DNA of 64,000 nt, taken from positions 134,542 through 198,541 of the forward strand of contig NMRA01000331.1 of assembly GCA_002633005.1 (NCBI GenBank), read 5' to 3'. Source of the DNA: Phoronis australis (lineage: Eukaryota > Animalia > Phoronida). Position numbers and translations under genes: made by a program. How positions within the stretch are numbered: the stretch's first letter is position 1; every line of letters starts with the position of its first letter. Below the pieces are notes generated by a model that had not been told where the DNA came from, did not search any database, and was given only the letters and a program-made list of their open reading frames with translations. This document shows, piece after piece, positions 63,806 to 64,000 of the stretch.

Positions 63806-63883
63806 CTTGAGAGTACGGCGGCACTTGAGAGTACGGCGGCACTTGAGAGTACGGCGGCACTTGAGAGTACGGCGGCACTTGAG
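63806..63883. repeat. 18-bp minisatellite (CTTGAGAGTACGGCGGCA) x4
   Basis: Four exact copies. Confidence 0.97.
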
Positions 63884-64000
63884 TGTCACATTGTGCAACA
63901 ATCGCAAGTTGAGGGATATTGCCTCACAGATTTTGGAGAAAACAAAAGTAAAAACGCATTCACTTAATTAATCGGAAGTAATTTTTTGTTCAAGTGTTGT

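Overview
AT-rich eukaryotic genomic DNA, probably from an invertebrate animal (inferred from the repeat families and the gene), with two assembly gaps (37940-38155, 55946-56100). The only host gene I can support is the first coding exon of a natriuretic-peptide-receptor/receptor guanylyl cyclase-type gene on the minus strand (54154-53449). I found no second exon, so most of the window is probably its first intron, filled with transposons. The most striking feature is a young-looking TTAA-flanked Kolobok-type element (2028-3712) with ~158-bp near-perfect TIRs. It carries an intact THAP-domain ORF and a convergent Cys-rich ORF resembling KolX/the P2X7 ballast domain, but no transposase core. A second, dissimilar ~1.1-kb TTAA family (4 copies) appears to have the same convergent layout in decayed form. 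Also present: a CR1/L2-type LINE with three nested insertions, hAT-like elements with 5-, 6- and 8-bp TSDs, Helentron-like elements, a Crypton-like element containing a tRNA-like sequence, Penelope relics, a hammerhead-ribozyme motif, a hairpin-capped foldback element and several minisatellites. All family assignments come from motif recognition by eye; no database search was run.
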